The notes below the pieces were generated by a model. It saw only the letters and a list, made by a program, of their open reading frames with translations. It was not told the DNA's origin and ran no database searches. Of a DNA stretch of 59,261 bases, positions 19,819 to 28,637 are shown piece by piece; the first letter of the stretch is position 1; each line of letters begins with the position of its first letter. The stretch covers positions 1-59,261 of the forward strand of contig JBDHDE010000033.1 in the NCBI GenBank assembly GCA_039591655.1, read 5' to 3'. The translations under genes and the position numbers were made by a program. This DNA comes from Gemmatimonadota bacterium. Lineage in GTDB: Bacteria; Gemmatimonadota; Gemmatimonadetes; Gemmatimonadales; GWC2-71-9.

Positions 19819-20852
19819 GACGGAAGGTCTCTGAGTTCGGCGGGTAGGTCTTCCAGCAGCGCCTTCAGTTGCGCCGCCCGCTCGCGGGTAGTCACCAGAG
19901 TCACGCCCCTTGCCCGCACGATCACGAGGTCGGTGACTCCGTCGGCGACGACCGCGCCATCGTCCGCCCACAGAACGCAGCGCCGGGAGTCGCGAGCCAC
20001 CGCTGTACCCACGGTGACGTTACCGCCATCGTCGGGCTCGCGCACTCGCGCCAGGGCGCCCCAGGTGCCGACGTCGTCCCATGGGAAGTTGCCGGGGACA
20101 ACGGCCACGCAATCGCTCCGCTCGAAGTGGGAAACGTCCACGGCGATTGGGGTAACCGCGGCGAAGAAGCCTGCGACATCGCCTGCCGCCAGCCGCGGTA
20201 GGTGGGGCGCGATCTCCGGCGCGTGGGCTTCGGTCTCCGCTGCGAAGCGGCTCGCCGTCCAGGCGAACAGCCCGCTGTTCCACAAGGCGCCGGCGGCGAT
20301 GAGCTCGCCGGCGCGTGCGGCGTCGGGCTTCTCGATGAAGCGGCGCACCCGGCGCGCATCACCCTCGAGCTCGTCCCCCGGCTCGATGTAGCCGTATCCC
20401 GTTTCCGGACGGCTCGGCACTATCCCCACCGTGACGAGAACGTCGTGGCGCTCAGCGACCTCCAGCGCCCGTGCCGCCGCAAGGCAGAACGCCTCTTCGT
20501 CTCCCACGTGCCAATCGGCATGGAGCGAGAGAACGGAAGCATCGGGATCCCGCTCCTGCACCGCCGCCGTCGCCCAGGTCAACGCGGGTGCGGTGGAGGC
20601 CGCCTGCGGCTCCCCCAGCACGTTTTCTCCCGGGACGTCGGTTAGGAGGGCGCGGGTTTGGGCGACGAGCCCGGCTCCCGTCACCACGACCACCCGCTCC
20701 GGCGGCAGGAGTCTCCGCAACCGGTGGACCGCCTCTTCCAGCAGAGGGCGATCTCCGGAGAGCGGCAGGAACTGCTTCGGCCTGTTGGGGGTCGACAGGG
20801 GCCAGAACCGCGTTCCGGACCCGCCCGCCAACACCGTTGCCCATCGACTCAT
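19815..20852 (-). CDS. manC: Mannose-1-phosphate guanylyltransferase
   Basis: LAGGSGTRFWPLS, PKQFL, PETGYGYI, FIEKP, WNSG, WDDVGTW. Confidence 0.9.
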   Translation of the reverse strand: MSRWATVLAGGSGTRFWPLSTPNRPKQFLPLSGDRPLLEEAVHRLRRLLPPERVVVVTGAGLVAQTRALLTDVPGENVLGEPQAASTAPALTWATAAVQERDPDASVLSLHADWHVGDEEAFCLAAARALEVAERHDVLVTVGIVPSRPETGYGYIEPGDELEGDARRVRRFIEKPDAARAGELIAAGALWNSGLFAWTASRFAAETEAHAPEIAPHLPRLAAGDVAGFFAAVTPIAVDVSHFERSDCVAVVPGNFPWDDVGTWGALARVREPDDGGNVTVGTAVARDSRRCVLWADDGAVVADGVTDLVIVRARGVTLVTTRERAAQLKALLEDLPAELRDLPS

Positions 20853-20885
20853 CGCGGCCGGACGCTGGGGGAGTGAAGGAGCGGG

Positions 20886-21239
20886 CTAGAGGAGATCGGC
20901 GATGGCTGCCCGGTGGCGCTGCAGCTCATAGAGCAGACCGCCGATGTTGGTGCCGGGCCTGAAGAACATCGCGAGGAGCGTTTCCGGCGTGAGCTCGGTG
21001 ACCAACGCGATCCCCTGCGCGAACTCGACCACGCCCGTGCCGAAGTCGCCGCGCTCGGCGGCCGATCCCAGACGGTTGCAGGCACTCACGACCGCGGGCA
21101 CCAGCGCGGCGAGTCCATCTGGGTCTAGGCCGTCACCCGCTCGTGAATCGATGGTGAGGCCATCGCGGCCCAGGACGATCACTGCATCCACACCGTCACG
21201 GTGTGCGAGCGCCTGCACGACGTCCCGGATGGTCGGCAT
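20886..21239 (-). CDS. Roadblock/LC7 (MglB-like) domain protein
   Basis: GVDAVIVLGRDGLTID, LAAL, NIGGLLYEL pattern. Confidence 0.85.
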   Translation of the reverse strand: MPTIRDVVQALAHRDGVDAVIVLGRDGLTIDSRAGDGLDPDGLAALVPAVVSACNRLGSAAERGDFGTGVVEFAQGIALVTELTPETLLAMFFRPGTNIGGLLYELQRHRAAIADLL

Positions 21240-21246
21240 GCGCGCC

Positions 21247-21318
21247 AAGGTAGAGGGGCACTACAGTGAAGTCAAGCGAGTATCGCGGCTTGACCGGGTG
21301 TTCGGGGCTCAGTACTGT
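21247..21318. promoter_or_regulatory. Back-to-back divergent sigma70 promoters
   Basis: - strand TTGACT (21275-70), 17 nt, TACCTT (21252-47); + strand TTGACC (21290-95), 17 nt, TACTGT (21313-18). Confidence 0.7.
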
Positions 21319-21331
21319 TCGGCGGTCTCTC

Positions 21332-21907
21332 ATGCCTGCTATATCGTTGTCACGGTTTCGCTTGGGCGTCGCAGCGGCGGCCGCGTTCCTCGCTGCGGCA
21401 GCCTGCGGCGAAGACGTCAACCTACCGGACCCCGTCTTCGCAAATGAGGTGGACACGGCTACGCTGTTTGCACTTCACAACACGCCAATTGGCGAGCCCA
21501 GCGCTTACGACATCGTGGATGCGGTGCGCGTGCGGACGGACCTCACCCCTGCTTTCGACTTCGCGTTCGAGCTGGATCCCAGCGGCAACGCTTTCCTCAC
21601 CCCCGCGACCGTGCTGGGGGTGCCCAGCGAGGCGGGCATCCTGGTCTCCGCACTTTCCTTCGACGCGATCGAGACCGCGCCCTTGGAGGACTACGTCACC
21701 GACAGCCCGGTCTCCGTGACGGTGGGAACCAACTTCGTTGGGCGCTCCCGTTCGTCTGACCTGTCGTGCGATTTGGGCTCGTTGCCTCGCTACGGGAAGT
21801 TCCACGTCTTGGAGGTAGACACCGAGGCGCGCACGATGACGCTCGAGCTGCTAGTCGACCGCAACTGCGGGTACCGAGGGTTACAGCCCGGACTGCCAAC
21901 GTCCTGA
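21332..21907 (+). CDS. Hypothetical lipoprotein
   Basis: Signal peptide with lipobox-like LAAAAC; beta-rich mature domain with two Cys. Confidence 0.75.
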   Translation: MPAISLSRFRLGVAAAAAFLAAAACGEDVNLPDPVFANEVDTATLFALHNTPIGEPSAYDIVDAVRVRTDLTPAFDFAFELDPSGNAFLTPATVLGVPSEAGILVSALSFDAIETAPLEDYVTDSPVSVTVGTNFVGRSRSSDLSCDLGSLPRYGKFHVLEVDTEARTMTLELLVDRNCGYRGLQPGLPTS

Positions 21908-21908
21908 C

Positions 21909-23183
21909 GTGATCGACATCCGCCTCATACGCGAATCGCCCGACATGGTTCGGGCGGCGCTAGCGCGCCGCGGCGGAGATCTCTCGGGTGCACTCGACAC
22001 GGCTCGGCGCCTCGACACGCGGCGGCGCGAGCTGCTGCAGCGAACCGAGAAGCTCAAGGCCGAGCGGAACCGTGCCTCCGAGGAGGTGGCGCACCTCAAG
22101 CGGGAGAAGGCGGACGCCTCCGAGCTCATCTCCCAGCTCAAGACGCTGAGCGATACGATCAAGGATCGCGACGCGCAGGTCCGCGCAGTGGACGACGAGC
22201 TCGAGGCGCAGCTGCTCATGCTCCCCAACCTGCCGCTGCCCGAGCTCCCCGAGGGTGACGCATCGGCCAACGAGACCCTGCGGAGCTGGGGGGAGCCTCC
22301 CCAGTTCGCGTTCGCCCCCAAGCCGCATTGGGAGGTCGGTGAGGCCCTCGGCATTCTCGACCTGGCACGGGGCGCGCGGATCGCCGGCAGCGGGTTCCCC
22401 CTGTTCACCGGGCAGGGGGCGCGCCTCGTGCGCGCCCTGGTGTCCTTCATGGTGGATCTGCACACCGCAGAGCACGACTACGTCGAGGTTGCACCGCCGT
22501 ACCTGGTGTCGCGGGACGCGGCCCAAGGAACCGGTCAGATTCCCGACCTCGAGAACGTCATGTACGTGACCGAGGACGGTCTCTATCTGATCCCGACGGC
22601 GGAGGTACCCGTCACGAACCTGCACCAAGGTGAGATCCTCCGGGCCGAGGACCTTCCCAGGGGCTACGTGGCCTATAGCCCTTGCTTCCGCCGCGAAGCG
22701 GGCGCCCATGGCAAGGACACCCGAGGGCTGATCCGGGTGCACCAGTTCGACAAGGTGGAGTTGGTGCGGTTCTCCGCACCCGAGGAGTCACCCAACGAGC
22801 ACGAGCGGCTCACGGCCCACGCCGAAGCCGTGCTCCAACGGCTGGAGCTGCCCTACCGGGTAGTGCTGTTGGCAGCCGGGGATGTGGGCTTCGCCAGTGC
22901 CAAGACCTACGACCTCGAAGTGTGGGCCGCCGGGGTCGAGAAGTGGCTGGAGGCGTCGAGCTCCTCCAGCTTCACCGATTTCCAGGCCCGGCGGGCCAAC
23001 ATTCGTTTCCGGCCACGCCCCGACGCGAAGCCCGAGTTCGTGCACACACTCAATGCTTCGGGCGTCGCCTTGCCGCGCACCATCATCGCCTTGTTGGAGA
23101 ACAACCAGGAGGAAGACGGTAGCGTCAGGATCCCGGACGCCCTGGCTCCCTACCTGGGAACGGAGCGCCTGAGCCCCCCGTGA
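21909..23183 (+). CDS. serS: Serine--tRNA ligase
   Basis: N-terminal coiled coil; LIPTAEVP, CFRREAG, RVHQFDKVE, HTLNASG. Confidence 0.98.
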   Translation: MIDIRLIRESPDMVRAALARRGGDLSGALDTARRLDTRRRELLQRTEKLKAERNRASEEVAHLKREKADASELISQLKTLSDTIKDRDAQVRAVDDELEAQLLMLPNLPLPELPEGDASANETLRSWGEPPQFAFAPKPHWEVGEALGILDLARGARIAGSGFPLFTGQGARLVRALVSFMVDLHTAEHDYVEVAPPYLVSRDAAQGTGQIPDLENVMYVTEDGLYLIPTAEVPVTNLHQGEILRAEDLPRGYVAYSPCFRREAGAHGKDTRGLIRVHQFDKVELVRFSAPEESPNEHERLTAHAEAVLQRLELPYRVVLLAAGDVGFASAKTYDLEVWAAGVEKWLEASSSSSFTDFQARRANIRFRPRPDAKPEFVHTLNASGVALPRTIIALLENNQEEDGSVRIPDALAPYLGTERLSPP

Positions 23184-24364
23184 ACACCCGCAGGATCGTC
23201 GGCTGGCTGAGACGGGCCGCACCCGAGATTGTGCTCGGGCTCGTCATCGTGCTCGTAGCCATCTCGCTGTGGCAGGCGTGGGCGCTGATGAATCACCTCC
23301 GCGAGGAAGCGCGCCAGGCATCGCAGATCTACGCCAGGGTCATCCCGGCGCTCGCCGATCCCGATCCGGGCGCCGCCACCGAGACGATCTTCGCTCTCGT
23401 CGCTGAGATCCGTGCCACCGGCATTCCGCTGGTTGTGACCGACACCGCGGGCCGACCCACGGCGGTGGCCAACTTGCCCACCGCCGTACGACCCGACGAA
23501 GCGGTCTTGCGCGACATCATTCACGACTTGGATCGCGCGAACGATCCCATCGTCGTGCCGGGGGTGGGAGTGCTGCATTTCGGGGCGGTCCCGGCGGCTC
23601 GCCGTCTGGCGCGTCTCACGATCATCCAGTTCGCGGTGCTGGCCGCCGCCCTCGCCATCGGCATCTGGGCCTACCGCAGCGCCGTGAGCCGCCACCGCGA
23701 CCGCCTCTGGGTAGCCATGGCGCGGGAGTCGGCGCACCAGCTCGGTACGCCGCTAATGAGCGCCGGCGCCTGGGTGGACAGGCTCACCGACGGGACCTCG
23801 CCCCCACCCCAGATCGCCGCGCACCTGAGGGCCGATCTGGAGCGGCTCCACCGCGTGGCACAACGCTTCGAGCGCATCGGCCGGCCAGCACGGCGGGACC
23901 ATATCGCCCTGGGCGCGATGGCCGAGCGCGTGGCCGGCTACTTCGAGCCGCGTCTGCCGCGACGCTCACACCCCATCAAGCTCTGCGTGGACGCCCCGCG
24001 CGCCGGCCCCATGATCCGGGGAGACGCCGTGCTCGTCGAGTGGGCGCTCGAGGCACTGGTGCGCAACGCAGTGGACGCTCTGAGCGGCCGCGGCGGCAAG
24101 ATCGACCTGACAGTGTGGGACGAAGGCAACTTCGCCCGAGTAAAGGTGGCCGACGACGGTCCTGGGATCCCGGCGGACGTCCGTGCCACCCTGTTTGAGC
24201 CCGGGGTGTCGACGAAGTCGGGGGGATGGGGCATCGGCCTGGCGCTCGCTCAGCGCATCGTGGAAGACGTTCACCGGGGCCGCCTGGGGATCGAGCAGAC
24301 GTCGGAGGGTGCCGTGTTCGTGGCGGATCTTCCCGTCTCCGCCGTCGGCCCCGACGATGATTGA
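23180..24364 (+). CDS. Membrane sensor histidine kinase (no adjacent response regulator)
   Basis: Two TM helices; H-box ESAHQLGTPL; RNAVDA, DDGPG, FEPG-STK, GWGIGL. Confidence 0.92.
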   Translation: MNTRRIVGWLRRAAPEIVLGLVIVLVAISLWQAWALMNHLREEARQASQIYARVIPALADPDPGAATETIFALVAEIRATGIPLVVTDTAGRPTAVANLPTAVRPDEAVLRDIIHDLDRANDPIVVPGVGVLHFGAVPAARRLARLTIIQFAVLAAALAIGIWAYRSAVSRHRDRLWVAMARESAHQLGTPLMSAGAWVDRLTDGTSPPPQIAAHLRADLERLHRVAQRFERIGRPARRDHIALGAMAERVAGYFEPRLPRRSHPIKLCVDAPRAGPMIRGDAVLVEWALEALVRNAVDALSGRGGKIDLTVWDEGNFARVKVADDGPGIPADVRATLFEPGVSTKSGGWGIGLALAQRIVEDVHRGRLGIEQTSEGAVFVADLPVSAVGPDDD

Positions 24365-26567
24365 CCTCGCTCTCAATCCGGAGCAGCGTCGGGGGGTCGA
24401 GTACCGCGATGGGCCGCTGATGGTCCTGGCGGGCGCCGGGTCGGGGAAGACCCGGGTGCTCACGGCCCGCATCGCGCATCTCATCAGCGCTCACGGCGTA
24501 CGCCCCGAGCGTGTCCTGGCTGCCACCTTCACCAACCGAGCCGCCGGCGAGATGAGGCGCCGCGTCGCCGCCCTCCTGGAACGCGAGCCCGCCGGACTGT
24601 GGATCGGAACCTTCCACTCGCTCTGCGCCAGGCTGCTCCGCCGCGAGGCGGCCAGGATCGGCTTCACGCCGCAGTTCACCATCTATGACGAGGACGATCG
24701 GCTCGCGCTGATCAAGCGGCTGCTGGAGCGAGCGGGGTACGCGCCGCGCAGCTATCCGCCCCGCCAGATCCAGTCCGTCATCTCCGGTGCGAAGAACCGC
24801 ATGGTCACCGCCGAGGAGCTGGGGGCGGCGGCCGAGGACCGCTTCAGCAGGGTTGCGGCGGAGATGTATCACGAGCTCGAGCGTGCCCTGGCGCTGGCCA
24901 ACGCCATGGACTTCGACGACCTCCTGCTCCATCCGTTGACGCTCTTCCGGGAGCACCCGGAGCGACTGTCCTACTACCAAGGCCGCTTCGACTCGGTCCT
25001 CGTGGACGAGTTCCAGGACACCAACCGCGCGCAGTACCTCCTGGTGCGCCAGCTGGCGGCGCAGCATCGCGACATCTGCGTCGTGGGAGACGATGACCAA
25101 TCCATCTACAGCTGGCGCGGAGCGGACATCCGCAACATGGTCGACTTCCAGCACGATTTCCCCGACGCCGAGCTCGTGCGCCTCGAAGAGAACTATCGAT
25201 CCACCCAGGTGATCCTCAGCGCCGCCAACGGCGTCATCGCGGAGAACGAGCAGCGCCTCGGCAAGACGCTCTACACGACGCGGGCCGGCGGTGACGCCGT
25301 CGTCGTCGTGGCCGCGGCCGACGAACGTGACGAAGCCGAGTGGGCCGCCCGCGAGTTTCGCGAGCGGGCCGCCGCCGACCTTCACGCGTACGCTGATTTG
25401 GCGGTGCTGTACCGGACCAACGCACAGTCCCGCGCCTTCGAGGAGGCATTCCGACGGGCCGCGATCCCCCATCGGGTAGTCGGCGCGGTGGCGTTCTACG
25501 ACCGCCGGGAGGTGAAGGACATCCTGGCCTACTTGCGGCTCGTCGCCAACCCGGCGGACAACGAGGCGTTCCTGCGCGCAGTCCAGGTTCCGCGGCGCGG
25601 CATCGGCATAGCGAGCCTACGCACGCTGCAAGAGGCGGCCGCGCAGTGGCAGAAGCCCCTGCTGAGTGTCGCCGCCATCGCCGACCGGGTCATGGAGCTG
25701 AGACCACACGCCAAGGAAGGCCTTCGGGACTTCGCCTCCCTGATCGAGCGTCTGCGAGACCGGCGCGCCGAGGCCACGCCGGCGGGGATGCTGGAGGACA
25801 TCATCGAGGCGACGGAATACGAGGCCTGCCTGCAGGAGGAAGGCGTCGAGGGCATCGAGCGCATGGAGAACGTGCGCGAGCTCGTGGCCGCAGCCGCCGA
25901 GTGGTCGGAGGAGGTCGACCCCGACGAATCCTCATCGCTGGTGGAGCAATTCCTCCAGCGCACCGCCCTCGCGTCACCCGACGAGTCCACCTCCGGGGAC
26001 GCGGAAGGCATCACCCTCATGACGGTGCACACGGCCAAGGGTCTCGAGTGGCCCGTGGTGCTCCTCGCGGGAATGGAGGACGGCCTATTCCCGTTGAGCC
26101 GCGCATTGGACACCGCAGAGGGCCTCGAGGAGGAGCGACGCCTCGCCTACGTCGCGCTCACGCGCGCACAGGACCGAGCGTACGCGAGCTGGGCCCGCGC
26201 GCGGCGCCGGGGCGGCCAACTGATGCCGGGGACAGCGTCGCGCTTCCTGGATGCCCTGCCACCGGAGGTAGTGGAGGAGCGGCGCACCAGCGGGTTGTTC
26301 GGCGGGGAATGGTATTCCCGCCCGCAGCCGGCCGCCGAGTGGGTATCGCTGGATGAGGCCGACGAGATCCTCGAGTCGCAGGATGCGCCGCGCTACGTGA
26401 AGGGCGAGCGGGTATTCCACCGTCGGTTCGGCACGGGGGTGATCCGGGAGCTCTCCGGGCAGGGCCGCAGCCTCAAGGTGACGGTCGAGTTCGACGACGA
26501 TGAGGTGGGGACCAAGCAACTTCTCGTGGCGTACGCCGGGCTGGAACGCGCGTTGGAGGGCGCGTAG
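24357..26567 (+). CDS. pcrA: ATP-dependent DNA helicase PcrA/UvrD
   Basis: LNPEQ, AGAGSGKT, VDEFQDTN, VGDDDQSIY, NYRST, MTVHTAKGLE, EERRLAYVA; C-terminal Tudor-like HRRFGTG. Confidence 0.95.
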   Translation: MIDLALNPEQRRGVEYRDGPLMVLAGAGSGKTRVLTARIAHLISAHGVRPERVLAATFTNRAAGEMRRRVAALLEREPAGLWIGTFHSLCARLLRREAARIGFTPQFTIYDEDDRLALIKRLLERAGYAPRSYPPRQIQSVISGAKNRMVTAEELGAAAEDRFSRVAAEMYHELERALALANAMDFDDLLLHPLTLFREHPERLSYYQGRFDSVLVDEFQDTNRAQYLLVRQLAAQHRDICVVGDDDQSIYSWRGADIRNMVDFQHDFPDAELVRLEENYRSTQVILSAANGVIAENEQRLGKTLYTTRAGGDAVVVVAAADERDEAEWAAREFRERAAADLHAYADLAVLYRTNAQSRAFEEAFRRAAIPHRVVGAVAFYDRREVKDILAYLRLVANPADNEAFLRAVQVPRRGIGIASLRTLQEAAAQWQKPLLSVAAIADRVMELRPHAKEGLRDFASLIERLRDRRAEATPAGMLEDIIEATEYEACLQEEGVEGIERMENVRELVAAAAEWSEEVDPDESSSLVEQFLQRTALASPDESTSGDAEGITLMTVHTAKGLEWPVVLLAGMEDGLFPLSRALDTAEGLEEERRLAYVALTRAQDRAYASWARARRRGGQLMPGTASRFLDALPPEVVEERRTSGLFGGEWYSRPQPAAEWVSLDEADEILESQDAPRYVKGERVFHRRFGTGVIRELSGQGRSLKVTVEFDDDEVGTKQLLVAYAGLERALEGA

Positions 26568-26582
26568 CAACGGCCCCCGCGG

Positions 26583-27539
26583 TCAGCTAGCGGTCCGGAG
26601 CCTTCCCCCATTCCGCTTGCGGTCACGCCAAGGCCGCTGTGCGGAGGAAGCGTCCCAGAATCCCAGCTCGTAGCGCGGCAAGCCAAAGTGGTCATCGGCC
26701 AGGAGGCTCAAGGAGTCGCGGTCGGCGGGTATCCGACTCCGCACCACGTCCAGCCGCATGCGCTTGGCCAGGTTGAGCGATGCCTCGCCCGACGGATCAA
26801 GCTTGCGTCCCATCCCCTCGGCCTCGCCCAGGAGTTCCATGATCAGCTGAAAGCTGATCGCCATATGGTGCTCCACCATGTTGTCGCTCAGATCCCACCG
26901 ACTCTTCTCCGCGATGATCTGGAACGCCCGCTGCCAGCTCTGTGTCTCGGTGATGCCCACCATACCACGAAACAGCCTGCGGCTGGTGCGCACGGAGAAG
27001 ATGGTAGGCGCGAGGATGCGATCCAGGTGCGTGTCGGCATTCGTATGATCCAGACGGATCACGTCCATGGCGGTGCGGGCGTAGTGCTCACCGACGTGCG
27101 TCTCGAACCGGCTCTCCCAGTACGAGTGCCCCAGGGCGATCGTGGAGGAGGTCACCACCAACTGGCGTGGCACGTAGTAGTTGTGTGCCACCGCGTCCGC
27201 TGCGAGGTGGGCCAGATACCCGAGGCCGAATACACGAAGGGCATCGGTATCGGCACGGTCCACGATCTCCCGACCCACGTGCCACGAGTGACAGTGCCGT
27301 CCCACCGGCGCGTACTTCTTGGCGATCGAGGTATCGGCGGCGATGCTGCCGTAGAGGAAGTCGTATGGGTAGGCCCGCAGCAGCCCGGCCACCGCCGCCG
27401 GAAGCTGTGCGAGGTTGGCAAGCACCGACTCGCCCAGGAAGATGTGCGTTCCCGGCGTCCACGCCTGGGCGACGGACGGCCACAGAACGAGGGCGAGGAG
27501 GGCCATCGCCGCCGCGATTGTGAACTGCCGCAGACTCAC
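26583..27539 (-). CDS. Zinc-dependent phospholipase C family protein
   Basis: Signal peptide then mature W-TPGTH; YGSIAAD; GYLAHLAADAVAH; HSYWE. Confidence 0.8.
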   Translation of the reverse strand: MSLRQFTIAAAMALLALVLWPSVAQAWTPGTHIFLGESVLANLAQLPAAVAGLLRAYPYDFLYGSIAADTSIAKKYAPVGRHCHSWHVGREIVDRADTDALRVFGLGYLAHLAADAVAHNYYVPRQLVVTSSTIALGHSYWESRFETHVGEHYARTAMDVIRLDHTNADTHLDRILAPTIFSVRTSRRLFRGMVGITETQSWQRAFQIIAEKSRWDLSDNMVEHHMAISFQLIMELLGEAEGMGRKLDPSGEASLNLAKRMRLDVVRSRIPADRDSLSLLADDHFGLPRYELGFWDASSAQRPWRDRKRNGGRLRTAS

Positions 27540-27542
27540 CCG

Positions 27543-27989
27543 CTAGCGGCCCCGGCGGAGAAACGCCCGCTTCATCGCGCGAAAGACCGTTGCCCCGCGC
27601 CGCGTCGTGCGGAGGGCAGCAGCGACGTCCAGCGCGGTCTCTTCCACCTCGTACTGCAGGACATCCACCAACGCATCCAGATCCTGCAGCCGCTCCTCGA
27701 CCCGCAGCACGAGATCGTTCACCCGGACGCGCACGTCGTGCACGCTACCCACGAACCCGTCTGCCTCGTCCCGCAGGGCGCCGACGACTCCAGTGGCGTC
27801 CTCCACCGCCTTGCGGACCGACTGAATCACCGGCTGCGCGTCACGCTGCAGATTGTCTGAAGCACGTTGCACGACGCCCCGGACCCCCCGGATCTCCCTC
27901 AGCACCAGCAGCAGGCCCACGCCCACCAGGAGCATCACGAAGGCGATGACCGCCGTCGATATGGCTGTGACTACCTCCGCCCACGCCAT
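27543..27989 (-). CDS. DUF948-like membrane-anchored coiled-coil protein
   Basis: N-terminal TM helix then heptad-like region; GGAGGAG RBS before ATG 27989. Confidence 0.7.
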   Translation of the reverse strand: MAWAEVVTAISTAVIAFVMLLVGVGLLLVLREIRGVRGVVQRASDNLQRDAQPVIQSVRKAVEDATGVVGALRDEADGFVGSVHDVRVRVNDLVLRVEERLQDLDALVDVLQYEVEETALDVAAALRTTRRGATVFRAMKRAFLRRGR

Positions 27990-28137
27990 GCGTCTCTCCT
28001 CCTCCGGCGGAACTCCATTTCCCGCGGCCGCCAGCCCGCGTGCCCGCGGTGGAGCCCACACCGCCGCAAACGTTCCCGCAAGGTAATCACCCTAAGGGCT
28101 GGGCGCCGATCCACCGTGACCTAGGACACCACCGAGC

Positions 28138-28491
28138 TCAGTCGGGGGGCGTGCCCAGATCCCGCGCGAGCCCTACCGTCCTGGTCACGGGAACGGTGAA
28201 CACGATGCCGCTGCCCGGGTCGTCCAGATCCCCCGCGATCCGCTCGATCAGCCGCACGGCGGCCTCGGCCTTCTCCTTGGTTTCGATCACCGAGAAGATC
28301 GTCGTGTTGTTGGGGCGGGATCCTGACAGCAGCTCCTGCAGGCCGGCCAAGACCGGAACGCCGCGGCTCACCAGTCGGCCCATGCCCTCGCTGCCCACCA
28401 CAGTGGCCCCTTTCACGCCCAGATCGAGAAATCCCGACAGGATCTCGTCGACTTTCTCTTCACGATTGATGACGCAAACGAGCAGTTCCAT
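28138..28491 (-). CDS. P-II-like signal protein
   Basis: LLVCVIN, GVKGATV, GMG, GSGIVFTVPV; 117 aa. Confidence 0.8.
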   Translation of the reverse strand: MELLVCVINREEKVDEILSGFLDLGVKGATVVGSEGMGRLVSRGVPVLAGLQELLSGSRPNNTTIFSVIETKEKAEAAVRLIERIAGDLDDPGSGIVFTVPVTRTVGLARDLGTPPD

Positions 28492-28575
28492 AGGCCGTGG
28501 CGCGGTGTCAAAGCTCGGAAACGGGCGCAACGCCAAGATAATCCCCCAACCGAGGCGAGTGTCAAGCGACGCCGC

Positions 28576-28604
28576 TTGCGCGGGGGGCGGGGGAACCATA
28601 TGGT
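28576..28604 (+). promoter_or_regulatory. Putative sigma70 promoter of murA
   Basis: TTGCGC (28576-81), 17 nt spacer, TATGGT (28599-604). Confidence 0.5.
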
Positions 28605-28637
28605 ACGCCGCAAGATGGAGAGCCCCTCAGGGGAACC

